DNA from: Solirubrobacterales bacterium
GTDB lineage: Bacteria; Actinomycetota; Thermoleophilia; Solirubrobacterales; JBBDJG01
Assembly: GCA_038330145.1 (NCBI GenBank)
Contig: JBBQNR010000004.1
Span: forward strand, 6,915-70,914
Length of the DNA: 64,000 nt
Reading direction: 5' to 3'
Numbering within the stretch: the first letter of the stretch is position 1; every line of letters begins with the position of its first letter. Shown piece after piece: positions 53,805-61,778 of the stretch. The notes below the pieces were generated by a model. That model saw only the letters and a list, made by a program, of their open reading frames with translations, ran no database searches and had not been told where the DNA came from. The position numbers and the translations under genes are program-made.

Positions 53805-54640
53805 GCGCGACCACCTCCGCGCCCGCGCTCGCCGGCCGGCCACAGAGCGACCGAGGCTGGCGGCGCTTCGCGACCATCACGCTGACGCTCGCCAAGAACG
53901 AGTTCAAGGTCCGCTACTTCGGCTCGGTGCTGGGTTACCTCTGGTCGCTGATGCGGCCGCTGATGGTGTTCGGCGTCCTCTATGTCGTCTTCACGCACGT
54001 CGTCAGGTTTGGCGGCGACATCCAGAACTACCCACTCAAGCTGCTGCTCGCGATCGTGCTCTGGAGCTTCTTCGCGGAGGCCACCGGCCAGTCGATCGCT
54101 TCGCTCGTGCAGCGCGAGGGCCTGCTGCGGAAGGTGCCCTTCCCGCCGGCCGTGATCCCGCTCTCGGTGGCGCTCACGAGCTCCTTCAACCTGGGGCTGA
54201 ACCTGGTGGTGGTGATCGTGTTCGTGCTCGTGACGGGGATCGCCCCGGCGCTCTCGTGGCTCGAGCTGCTGCCGCTGCTCCTGCTCCTGATCGCGCTCAC
54301 CGTCGCCGTCTCGATGCTGCTGGCCGTGCTCTACGTTCCGTTTCGCGACATGGCACCGATCTGGGAGGTCGCGACCCAGATGCTGTTCTGGGGCACGCCG
54401 ATCATCTATGTGATCGAGACCGTGCCGAAGGGGGCACGGGAGATCCTGATGGCCAACCCGCTGGCGGCGATCATCGAGCAGGCCAGGCACGCGATGATCG
54501 ATCCCTCGGCGCCGAGCGCCGCCGCCTCCAGCGGCGGCGCCGTCAGGTTGCTGATCCCGCTGGCGGTGGTGGCGATCCTGCTGGCGTTGAGCCTCGTGCT
54601 CTACCGGCGGGCGAGGTCCACGCTCGCCGAGCGGCTCTGA
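53801..54640 (+). CDS. wzm: Polysaccharide ABC exporter permease (ABC-2 type)
   Basis: LAKNEFKVRYFGSVLGYLWSLMRPLMVFGVLYVVF and six hydrophobic helices. The TTG start overlaps the wzt stop (TTGA). Only the last 279 codons of the 616-aa track ORF are real. Confidence 0.85.
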   Translation: MSATTSAPALAGRPQSDRGWRRFATITLTLAKNEFKVRYFGSVLGYLWSLMRPLMVFGVLYVVFTHVVRFGGDIQNYPLKLLLAIVLWSFFAEATGQSIASLVQREGLLRKVPFPPAVIPLSVALTSSFNLGLNLVVVIVFVLVTGIAPALSWLELLPLLLLLIALTVAVSMLLAVLYVPFRDMAPIWEVATQMLFWGTPIIYVIETVPKGAREILMANPLAAIIEQARHAMIDPSAPSAAASSGGAVRLLIPLAVVAILLALSLVLYRRARSTLAERL

Positions 54641-56781
54641 CCCTCGGCGACCGTCTTCTCCCAGCGCTCGCGCAGCCATTCACGCAGCATGCGCTCGATC
54701 TGGCTCGCGGCCGCCTCCCAGGTCATCGGCAGCACGAAGTCGCGGGCGCGCTCGGCCATCTGCTCGCGCCTCTCGGCTGAGTCGAGCAGCCCCGAGAGCC
54801 GCTGCGCGATGTCGATCGGCTGCGGGTCGGCAAGCTCGATCAGGGTTCCGTCGCGTCCGAATACGGACCCCACGCTCTGGTGGCAGACGTCGACCACCGG
54901 CAGTCCGCAGGCCATCATCTCCTTCGGTATGCGCGAGTAGTTGGTGAGCGAGAGCACGAGCCCGACCGTCGCAGTGTTGTAGAGGCTCGCCAGTGAGCGC
55001 TCGTCGACGATGCCGGCGAACTCGAAATCGAACCCGGCCGGCGGCGCCTTGGTGTCGCCAAACAGCACGATCCGCACGTCCGGCCTCTGCTCGGCGAGCT
55101 CCGCCAGCGCAAGGATCGCCAGCTCGGTGCCGCGGCGAGGGGTGATCGGGCGGGCATAATGGACGACCGTCGCCGGCTCGCGCTGCGCGGCTTGCGGCCG
55201 GTAGATGCCGTGATCCACCCCCAGCTCGAAGTGGTCCGCGGTGGCGCCGAGGCCACGCAGCATCTCCGTCAGCCAGGGGCTGGCGGTCACGCAGGGATAG
55301 CCCATCTTGTAGGTGTCCTCCGCCCAGAGCCGCTCGGCCGACGCCGGGTAGAAGTCCGGCTCGTAGTCCTGCACGAGATAGGCCTTCAGCCTGCAATCGG
55401 GAAGGCCCGAGAGCGGATAGGCGGTCTGCCATCCGGTGGCCATCGCGACGTCCGCGCCATGCCAGTCGTCGAAGCCGATGAAGACGCCTCCCCGAACGCG
55501 CGCGAAGTGCTCCTCGATCTCGCGCCGTACGGTTGCACCGCGGCCACCGAGCTTGGAGGTCGGGTCGTGCACCCAGATCGAGCACGAGTGCCCCTTGCGC
55601 TCCAGCTCCTCGACGATGTTGAAGATCGTCATGTGTCCACCGCTTCCACGCCGGAAGGGAGGGATCACCCACGCGATGTGAAGCACCCCCTCACCGTCGT
55701 CGGGCGAGGCAGGTGACAGCGCGGCCGGCTGGCGGCGGTGGTGCTCGCGCACGTACTCGAAGCGGTGATCGGAGGCCTTGACGCGGGTCGTCTTCAGCCC
55801 GCCGCCGGCGTTACCCGCGCTGTCGTTGCCGCCGTGCCCTTCCAGCGACAGCCGCCGCCGCAGCGCGCGAGGGAGGCGCTCCGAGCGCGATCCGAGCGCG
55901 GAGAACAGCGCCCGGCCGGCATGGTGGCGGGCGGACCGTGCTCGCCATGCCAGGCGCCGGCCGGCTCCGTATTCGGCTGCATGCATGTAGTCCACATCGT
56001 CGCGCACCTGGGCCCTGACGTTGCCCAGCGCCCGGCGAGGTGAGGCCGGCTCGACGTGGCCGATGGTGGCTCGAAGACCCCTGTACTCGTCGAAGTAGCG
56101 GCGCATGAAGGTCACGAAGCCAAAGTCGTGCGCGTGCATGACGGCCGCCGCGGGCACGTAGGCCTTCCTCCATCCGGCCGCCGCCGCGTCGCGCGCGAAC
56201 GCCTGGTCCTCGGCGTACTCGACGTCGCGGAAGCGGACCTCCTCCCAGCAGCGTCGCAGCAGCGCCGAGTTGACGTTCGAGAAGAAGCCGCTGCGAACGT
56301 TGCCGCTCTCGATGCCGTCGTCGACCTGCAGCGCTCCGTCCTCGCTGAAGGAGCCGAAGAACTGCTCCAACTCCCGAGCAACCATCGGGCTGGTGTCCTG
56401 TCGCGGCAGGTGAGGGCCGAACGAAAGGCCGACACGACCCTGCTCGTCGAGCGGAGAGACGAGCTCTGCCAGCCACAGCTCGGAGGCGGGCGTCGCATCC
56501 TGCGTCAGGAACGCGATGCGCTCGCCCCGAGCCTCGGCCGCCGCGAGGTTGCGCGTGCTGCCGTGACCGAACTCGGACGACTCGATCTCGAGCACCCGGG
56601 CGCCCGCCGCTCGGGCGACGCCCACCGAGCCGTCGCTCGAGCCGGAGTCGACAACCAGCACTTCGACCGCGGCATCGATGCGCTGTCGTGAGATCGCGTC
56701 GAGCACTTCCGGCAAATGCCGCGCCCCGTTCTTCACCGGCAACACCACCGAGACCGTCGGCGCCTGCTCGTTCTCGCTCAT
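54601..56781 (-). CDS. Two-domain glycosyltransferase: N-terminal GT2 plus a C-terminal GT-B domain (WsaF-like rhamnosyltransferase type, tentative)
   Basis: N-terminal part: VSVVLPVKNGARHL, VLVVDSGSSDGS, FGHGSTRN, and FLTQDA. C-terminal part: HIAWVIPPFRRGSGGHMTIFNIVEELERKGH, then VLSLTNYSRIPKEMMACGLPVVD. The 3' end overlaps wzm by 40 nt (convergent). Confidence 0.7.
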   Translation of the reverse strand: MSENEQAPTVSVVLPVKNGARHLPEVLDAISRQRIDAAVEVLVVDSGSSDGSVGVARAAGARVLEIESSEFGHGSTRNLAAAEARGERIAFLTQDATPASELWLAELVSPLDEQGRVGLSFGPHLPRQDTSPMVARELEQFFGSFSEDGALQVDDGIESGNVRSGFFSNVNSALLRRCWEEVRFRDVEYAEDQAFARDAAAAGWRKAYVPAAAVMHAHDFGFVTFMRRYFDEYRGLRATIGHVEPASPRRALGNVRAQVRDDVDYMHAAEYGAGRRLAWRARSARHHAGRALFSALGSRSERLPRALRRRLSLEGHGGNDSAGNAGGGLKTTRVKASDHRFEYVREHHRRQPAALSPASPDDGEGVLHIAWVIPPFRRGSGGHMTIFNIVEELERKGHSCSIWVHDPTSKLGGRGATVRREIEEHFARVRGGVFIGFDDWHGADVAMATGWQTAYPLSGLPDCRLKAYLVQDYEPDFYPASAERLWAEDTYKMGYPCVTASPWLTEMLRGLGATADHFELGVDHGIYRPQAAQREPATVVHYARPITPRRGTELAILALAELAEQRPDVRIVLFGDTKAPPAGFDFEFAGIVDERSLASLYNTATVGLVLSLTNYSRIPKEMMACGLPVVDVCHQSVGSVFGRDGTLIELADPQPIDIAQRLSGLLDSAERREQMAERARDFVLPMTWEAAASQIERMLREWLRERWEKTVAEGQSRSASVDLARR

Positions 56782-57131
56782 CCGCGCAGGCGGCGGATCG
56801 CGCGCACCATCATGCGCGCGGCCCGTCGCAGTGCCCCGAGCACCAGGCGCGGCCCGCGGCGGGCCATCAGTCGCTCGAAGTCGATGCCGGCCCATTCGAG
56901 CCAGTAGGCCTGACGCTCCAGCCGCTCCATCTCGGCCGAGCGGCGATGCCTCAGCTCGCGCAGCTGGCGCTCGCTCTCCTCGAGCGCGCTGCGCGTCGCC
57001 GCCAGCTCCGCGGCAAGGCGCTGGTTTGCGTCTTCGGAGGCCGCCTGCTGCGGCGACGCGGCCTCGGTTGTGACGCTCCGGACGGGCTCCTCCGGCCCGG
57101 TCCTGGCCGGGTCGAGCGGGTCGACAGCCAT
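56778..57131 (-). CDS. Small coiled-coil hypothetical protein (117 aa)
   Basis: Charged helical segment QRLAAELAATRSALEESERQLRELRHRRSAEMERLERQAYWLEW. Its stop overlaps the ATG of the downstream two-domain GT (ATGA 56778-56781). No family was recognised. Confidence 0.4.
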   Translation of the reverse strand: MAVDPLDPARTGPEEPVRSVTTEAASPQQAASEDANQRLAAELAATRSALEESERQLRELRHRRSAEMERLERQAYWLEWAGIDFERLMARRGPRLVLGALRRAARMMVRAIRRLRG

Positions 57132-57207
57132 GGCACGGACGGTACCAGCCGTCGTCGCTGACAGCGCGATTGCGTCGAGCGCGGGCAGGTCAGGCCGGCG
57201 ACGGTGG

Positions 57208-57966
57208 ATGCCGACCAAGCAGAGAGTGAGAAGAACGGGAAACCTGTCGCGCGGAGAGGGCGAGCAGCCGGCGCTGCGTCGCCCGATAGAGGTCGTGATC
57301 GTCTGCCGGGCCGAGCTGTTGATGCTCGGTCTCGAGCGGCTGCTCGTGCAGGCTCCGGACCTGAAGGTGTTCACCTACTCCAGCCTTCCGGATGCGGCGA
57401 CCGGGAGCGTGTCCTCAGCGGCGAGCGGGCCGAGCACGCCCAGCAGGGTCGTGCTGCTCAGCGATCGCCAGGCCGAGGAGCCGGTGCAGCAGTGCGAGCG
57501 CGCGCTGGAGTCGCTCGCAGAGGAAGTCGTCGTGCTCTTCAGCCGCCCCGATCTCGACCTGCTCGTCGGGTGCATGGCGGCCGGCGCCCGCGGCTTCGTG
57601 ATGGAGGGCGATCCTCCGCCGATGCTTCTGGCCGCGATCCGCTCTGCCGCAGCAGGGAAGACCTACGTCGGGCAGCGCACGCTCGACCTGCTGGTCGACT
57701 GGCTCGCGCAGCAGGAGCGGACGCGTCGTGGCAGACCCGGCGGCGACCAGGACGGGGTACTGCTGCGACTGCTGGCGGAGGGAAGAACGACCGCCGACAT
57801 CGCACAGCTGCTCGGAGTGGCTCCGAAGACGGTGCGAAACCGCGCCTCGATGCTCTACAGGCGGCTCGGGGTTCACAGCCGCGCCGCCGCAGTCAGGCTG
57901 GCCGAGCAGCGCGGCCTGCTGGACGGCCGCGGCCGAGCTTCCAGGCCGGCCGGCGCCGGCAGCTAG
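57208..57966 (+). CDS. LuxR/NarL-family transcriptional regulator with a degenerate (pseudo-)receiver domain
   Basis: C-terminal GerE/LuxR HTH: VLLRLLAEGRTTADIAQLLGVAPKTVRNRASMLYRRLGVHSRAAAV. The N-terminal part has receiver-like topology (VVIVCRAELLMLGLERLL ... VVLLSD ... VVVLFS ... GARGFVMEG) but lacks the DD pair and the conserved Lys. ATG 57208 was chosen as the start. Confidence 0.7.
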   Translation: MPTKQRVRRTGNLSRGEGEQPALRRPIEVVIVCRAELLMLGLERLLVQAPDLKVFTYSSLPDAATGSVSSAASGPSTPSRVVLLSDRQAEEPVQQCERALESLAEEVVVLFSRPDLDLLVGCMAAGARGFVMEGDPPPMLLAAIRSAAAGKTYVGQRTLDLLVDWLAQQERTRRGRPGGDQDGVLLRLLAEGRTTADIAQLLGVAPKTVRNRASMLYRRLGVHSRAAAVRLAEQRGLLDGRGRASRPAGAGS

Positions 57967-58469
57967 CGTGCGCTGTTCGCTTTGCTCACGGTCGGGACCT
58001 TCAGGGTCCCCGGGCCGTAGTCGATGCTGACCGGTGTCCGCGGCCCGGCCGGCTCGTGCCACGAGATCGTCAGCGGCCGGGTCGCGCCGGGCTTTATCTC
58101 CGTGACCTGGCCGATGTGCACGCGCTCTTCCTCGGGATAGCCACTCGGTCCCGGGCCGGGCCCACGGCCGTATGGATAGCGAGGGTGGGCATAGCCCTGG
58201 ATGAAGGTCACCAGGCCGTCGACCTGCTGCCCGTCGGCGTCCAGCAACTTCACGTCGCCGGCCTGAACCGTGATCTTCTTCAGGCCCTCGTTCCTGACCT
58301 CGCCGTGCAGAATGCGGTCGCGCGGCAGCGTCGGAGGCACCAGCAGCCGGGGTGGCTTGCTCCAGACCAACTCCGTCGACCGGCCCACGGCGCTGTCGTC
58401 CCCACCGCAAGCGGCGGGGACGACAGCCAGCACGATCAGCACCGAAGCCAGCGCAGCACGGCTTCTCAT
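57963..58469 (-). CDS. Putative lipoprotein, function unknown
   Basis: Signal peptide with a lipobox-like sequence (LIVLAVVPAAC GGDD). It lies downstream of the beta-helix gene on the same strand. Its stop shares a CTAG with the convergent LuxR gene's stop. Confidence 0.5.
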   Translation of the reverse strand: MRSRAALASVLIVLAVVPAACGGDDSAVGRSTELVWSKPPRLLVPPTLPRDRILHGEVRNEGLKKITVQAGDVKLLDADGQQVDGLVTFIQGYAHPRYPYGRGPGPGPSGYPEEERVHIGQVTEIKPGATRPLTISWHEPAGPRTPVSIDYGPGTLKVPTVSKANSAR

Positions 58470-58508
58470 GTGCTCGACGTTACCGTGCCGTGGCTCTATC
58501 GATAAGCG

Positions 58509-60251
58509 CTAGTTGGGCTCCTGGCGAGGTGTGAACCAGTCGCAGCCGGGCGGATTCGGGTTCTCCGGGCTCCAGGTCGCGCACGGGACCAGCAGCGCCT
58601 GCTTGTCCGAGTTGCCGGGCCGGAACAGGTCGATGCCCGGGCAATCCGCCAGCAGCGGAGGCGGCGGGTTGCTGCTCGGCTGAGCGCCGTTCGGCCCCAC
58701 GTTCCTGGTGCTTCCCGTCTGCACCCAGCAGTTGCCGAGCGCCGTGTCGTTGTCGACACAGCCCGCCTGGTCTTCGGTGCAGTCCCGGCCCTCCTCCTCG
58801 TCCCACCAGAAGTCGGTCCCGTTCGGGTCACGCGTGCCCTGGCACTGCGTGAAGTCGACGGCGGCGGGGTCGAGGACCGCCGGGCGCACGCCCATGCAGT
58901 TGGCCTCGTAGTGATTGTTGCTCGAGGTGTCGTAGGTCTTTTCCGGGTCCTGCTCGTCACGCAGGGCGGCCGGGACCCAGAACTGCATGGTGCCGTTTCT
59001 CCAGTTGTTGAAGATGTAGTTGCTCTGGACCACGTTGGCGTTGCCGCCCGCGATCAGCAGCCCGGTGCCCAGCGGCACGCCGAACGTCGGGCAGACCACG
59101 GTCGGGTCGGTGCGCTGTGCCCACGGGGTGCTCGAGCAGTAGGTGTCGCGCTCGTCGGTGTAGAGGTCGTTGTTGTTGTCGTAGATCAGGTTCTCCGACC
59201 ACTTTGAGTTGTCCTGCGGCATGCCGGGGTGTCCTGCGTTGAACGAGTCGACCGTGACGCCTGCGGCGTTGTCGTGCAGGCGGTTGTGCTCGAACCAGGT
59301 TCCGTTGCCGGCGGTGCCGGAGGTGCCGATCGTGTTGTGGTGCGAGTCGCAGTTGCGGACGATGATCCCGTAGCGGTGGCCGTGGGCGTCCGGCTGCCCG
59401 TGGCGCCCGTTCGGGCCCGACCCCGGATAGACGCCGGAGTCGCCGCTGTACGAGGTGTCGCAATTTTCGTAGATGCCGTGGTCGCTGGCGAACGACAGGA
59501 TCGCGTACTCGCGGCTGTAGCGGGAGACGACCTTGTCGAGCCGGAAGCCGTTCGTCTCCAGCACGTAGATGTTGTTGAAGTCCGAGAACTCGATGTAGAA
59601 GTTCCTCAGGTACACGCCGTCTGCCCGGTCTGCGCGGATCACGTTGAGGGCTGTCCTCTCGCCCTCGATCCTGACGTCCTCGGGCTTCTCGCCCATGCCC
59701 TCGATCTGGATGTTGCACTTCGAGTCGCAGATGCGGTTGCCGTTGGTGTCGCCGAGGATCGCGATCAGGTTCTGCGCGTGCGGGCAGCGCTGGTGCTCCT
59801 CGTACGTGAGATTGGTGCTCCCGGCGGCGGTGCGCGCGTAGACGTCCTCGCAACCGGCCGGTGCGGGGCCGCGGCTCGGATTTTCGCGATACTCGCCCGG
59901 GAGGACCAGGATGCGGGTGTCGTTGCCGGCTAGGTCGACCGCTCGCTGGATGTTGTAGAAGATGCAGCGCTTGAGCAGCTTGGTGTTCTCGCGCCGGACC
60001 GCGTTGTCACGGATGCGGGCGATCAGCTGGCGCGAGTTCGGGCGGCAGACCACGATGCTCGAGCCCTCAGTGCGGTAGACCGGAAAGTCGCCCTGGTTGA
60101 TATCCGGGAAGAAGGTGGCTCGCTCGGAGTGAGCGCCGGCGGCAGATGGCAGCGCGAGCGCCGCCAGCCCCGCGATCGCCGCCACGATCAGAATTGAGGC
60201 TGTGCGCCTGCTCGGCGACAGGAAATCCAGCTTGCTAGACAGAAAGGCCAC
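58509..60251 (-). CDS. Secreted right-handed parallel beta-helix repeat protein (pectate-lyase-fold / NosD-like)
   Basis: GTG 60251 is preceded by GGGGAGGGA about 6 nt upstream. Signal peptide ILIVAAIAGLAALALPSAAGA. Repeated beta-helix turn signatures are present (..NFYIEFSDFNNIYVLETNGFRLD.., ..IIVRNCDSHHNTIGTSGTAGNG.., ..NRLHDNAAGVTVDS.., ..NLIYDNNND.., ..NYIFNNW..). Confidence 0.6.
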   Translation of the reverse strand: MAFLSSKLDFLSPSRRTASILIVAAIAGLAALALPSAAGAHSERATFFPDINQGDFPVYRTEGSSIVVCRPNSRQLIARIRDNAVRRENTKLLKRCIFYNIQRAVDLAGNDTRILVLPGEYRENPSRGPAPAGCEDVYARTAAGSTNLTYEEHQRCPHAQNLIAILGDTNGNRICDSKCNIQIEGMGEKPEDVRIEGERTALNVIRADRADGVYLRNFYIEFSDFNNIYVLETNGFRLDKVVSRYSREYAILSFASDHGIYENCDTSYSGDSGVYPGSGPNGRHGQPDAHGHRYGIIVRNCDSHHNTIGTSGTAGNGTWFEHNRLHDNAAGVTVDSFNAGHPGMPQDNSKWSENLIYDNNNDLYTDERDTYCSSTPWAQRTDPTVVCPTFGVPLGTGLLIAGGNANVVQSNYIFNNWRNGTMQFWVPAALRDEQDPEKTYDTSSNNHYEANCMGVRPAVLDPAAVDFTQCQGTRDPNGTDFWWDEEEGRDCTEDQAGCVDNDTALGNCWVQTGSTRNVGPNGAQPSSNPPPPLLADCPGIDLFRPGNSDKQALLVPCATWSPENPNPPGCDWFTPRQEPN

Positions 60252-60413
60252 TACCGATCCCTCCCCGGATTGGTTGGTCTGGTCCCCGCGGACATGCGGC
60301 TGTAGGTGCGGCACCAGCCGCAGGCCCGGCATCTTAAGACGCCATCACCGGCTTTTCAACCCCGGCGCCAGGCAGGCCGCTGAGCCGCGGCGGCCGTCCG
60401 CGATACTGCGGCC

Positions 60414-60827
60414 ATGCCCGAGACCGATTCGGACAACGTCGCGGTCGTGCGACAAGCCTTCGAGGCCTACAAGAAGGAGGACTACGACGCCCTGATCGCG
60501 ATGGCTGATCCGGAGCTCGAGATGCACGGAACGATCGGCGGGCTGACGGAGGGAACCGTCACACGGGGGATCGACAACGTGAGAAGCACGCTGACCGATG
60601 ACGACGAGACCTGGGAGCGCGTCGAGGTCGAGGCGGAGCGCATCATCGAGGCCGGGAATAGGGTCGTGGTGCTGCAGAAGGAGCTGCGCACGGGCGCGGC
60701 CAGCGGCATCGAGCTCGAGGTCCACACGGCGGTCGTCTTCGAGGTCCGTGACGGCAGGCTTCTGAGCATGAAGGGCTACATGGACCAGGACGAGGCGTTG
60801 CGCTCGATGTCGGCGGAGGGGGGTTAG
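60414..60827 (+). CDS. SnoaL-like / NTF2-fold protein (paralog 3 of 3)
   Basis: NVAVVRQAFEAYKKEDYDALIAMADPELEMH ... VVVLQKELRTGAASGIELEVHTAVVFEVRDGRLLSMKGYMDQDEAL. Confidence 0.65.
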   Translation: MPETDSDNVAVVRQAFEAYKKEDYDALIAMADPELEMHGTIGGLTEGTVTRGIDNVRSTLTDDDETWERVEVEAERIIEAGNRVVVLQKELRTGAASGIELEVHTAVVFEVRDGRLLSMKGYMDQDEALRSMSAEGG

Positions 60828-60829
60828 GC

Positions 60830-61696
60830 ATGGCGGCCACCGCGGCGCCCCGGCAGTCCGAGTTCTCCGTGGCGGTGCGGGGTTCCGGGGTGCGTGATTT
60901 CGACCTTCCTCTGCCGCCCCAGCCGATGCCGCTGATTCGCCACGGCAGGCTTCGCAAGTGCTGGCGCTACGTCGGCTACTACTCACCGCAGCTGATGCTG
61001 TGCGTCGGCGACGCCCGCATCGGGCCCGTGCCCCAGCGCTGGTGGGCGATCGCCGAGCCGGGAGCCGGCCTGCTCGAGCGCACGTCGGTGGGCCGTGGCG
61101 GAATCGAGGTCGAGGCATCGCGGGTGCGCGTTCGGTCGGGCCGGGTCAGCATCGATATGGAGCTGGAGGAGTCGGACGGCGTGGAGGTGCTCTCGCCCGC
61201 CGGAAGCAGGGGCAACTACATCTGGACTCGCAAGCAGGCGCAGGTGCCCGTGCGCGGCAGCGTCCAGATCGGCGACCGCCATCACTCGCTCGACGGCGGG
61301 GCTTTCATCGACGACAGCGCCGGCTACCACGACCGCCACACGAACTGGCGCTGGTCGGCCGGAAACGGCACCACGACGGACGGCCATGGGGTGGCGTGGA
61401 ACCTCGTCGACGGGCTGCACGACGGGGCTGAGGCCAGCGAGCGCACGCTGTGGGTGGACGGCGACCCGCAGCCCCTCGGCCCGGTCAGCTTCCTGACCGG
61501 CCTCTCCGGCATCCGCTTCGACGACGGCGCCTCGCTGTCGTTCGGCGAATGGTCCTCACGCGAGGAGCGGACGAACCTGCTGCTGCTGCGCTCCGACTAC
61601 CGCCAGCCGTTCGGCGTCTTCAGCGGGAGCCTGCCCGGCGGCCTCGAGCTGGCCGAGGGCCATGGCGTGATGGAGCAGCACGACGTCCACTGGTGA
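60830..61696 (+). CDS. DUF2804-family protein
   Basis: KCWRYVGYYSP, W.I.EPG, FIDDSAGYHDRHTNWRWSAGNG, and W.L...L.. resemble DUF2804 as remembered. It starts 2 nt after the SnoaL-like gene. Confidence 0.55.
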   Translation: MAATAAPRQSEFSVAVRGSGVRDFDLPLPPQPMPLIRHGRLRKCWRYVGYYSPQLMLCVGDARIGPVPQRWWAIAEPGAGLLERTSVGRGGIEVEASRVRVRSGRVSIDMELEESDGVEVLSPAGSRGNYIWTRKQAQVPVRGSVQIGDRHHSLDGGAFIDDSAGYHDRHTNWRWSAGNGTTTDGHGVAWNLVDGLHDGAEASERTLWVDGDPQPLGPVSFLTGLSGIRFDDGASLSFGEWSSREERTNLLLLRSDYRQPFGVFSGSLPGGLELAEGHGVMEQHDVHW

Positions 61697-61710
61697 CGGC
61701 GCGCGAAGCG

Positions 61711-61736
61711 CCCCGGGGAGCTTGCGCTCCCCGGGG
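61711..61736. terminator. GC-rich hairpin (11-bp perfect stem, 4-nt loop) between convergent genes
   Basis: ccccggggagc ttgc gctccccgggg. No obvious U-tract is present, as is common in high-GC genomes. Confidence 0.5.
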
Positions 61737-61749
61737 TCCCATCACACAC

Positions 61750-61774
61750 CCTGACGGCCATTGAGGCCGTCAGG
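61750..61774. terminator. Second hairpin (10-bp perfect stem, 5-nt loop) between convergent genes
   Basis: cctgacggcc attga ggccgtcagg. A third hairpin, cagggagt tagg actccctg (61780-61799), covers the stop-codon region of the minus-strand gene. Confidence 0.45.
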
Positions 61775-61778
61775 CCTG

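Noticed and set aside
57130-57132. ATG 57130 as the start of the LuxR-type regulator, and ATG 13305 as the start of the GT4 gene
   Set aside because: Both would overlap the divergent neighbour's start codon in a CATG palindrome and would add non-homologous N-terminal extensions. Downstream starts (57208 and 13338) give typical N termini. This remains uncertain and is flagged in the findings.
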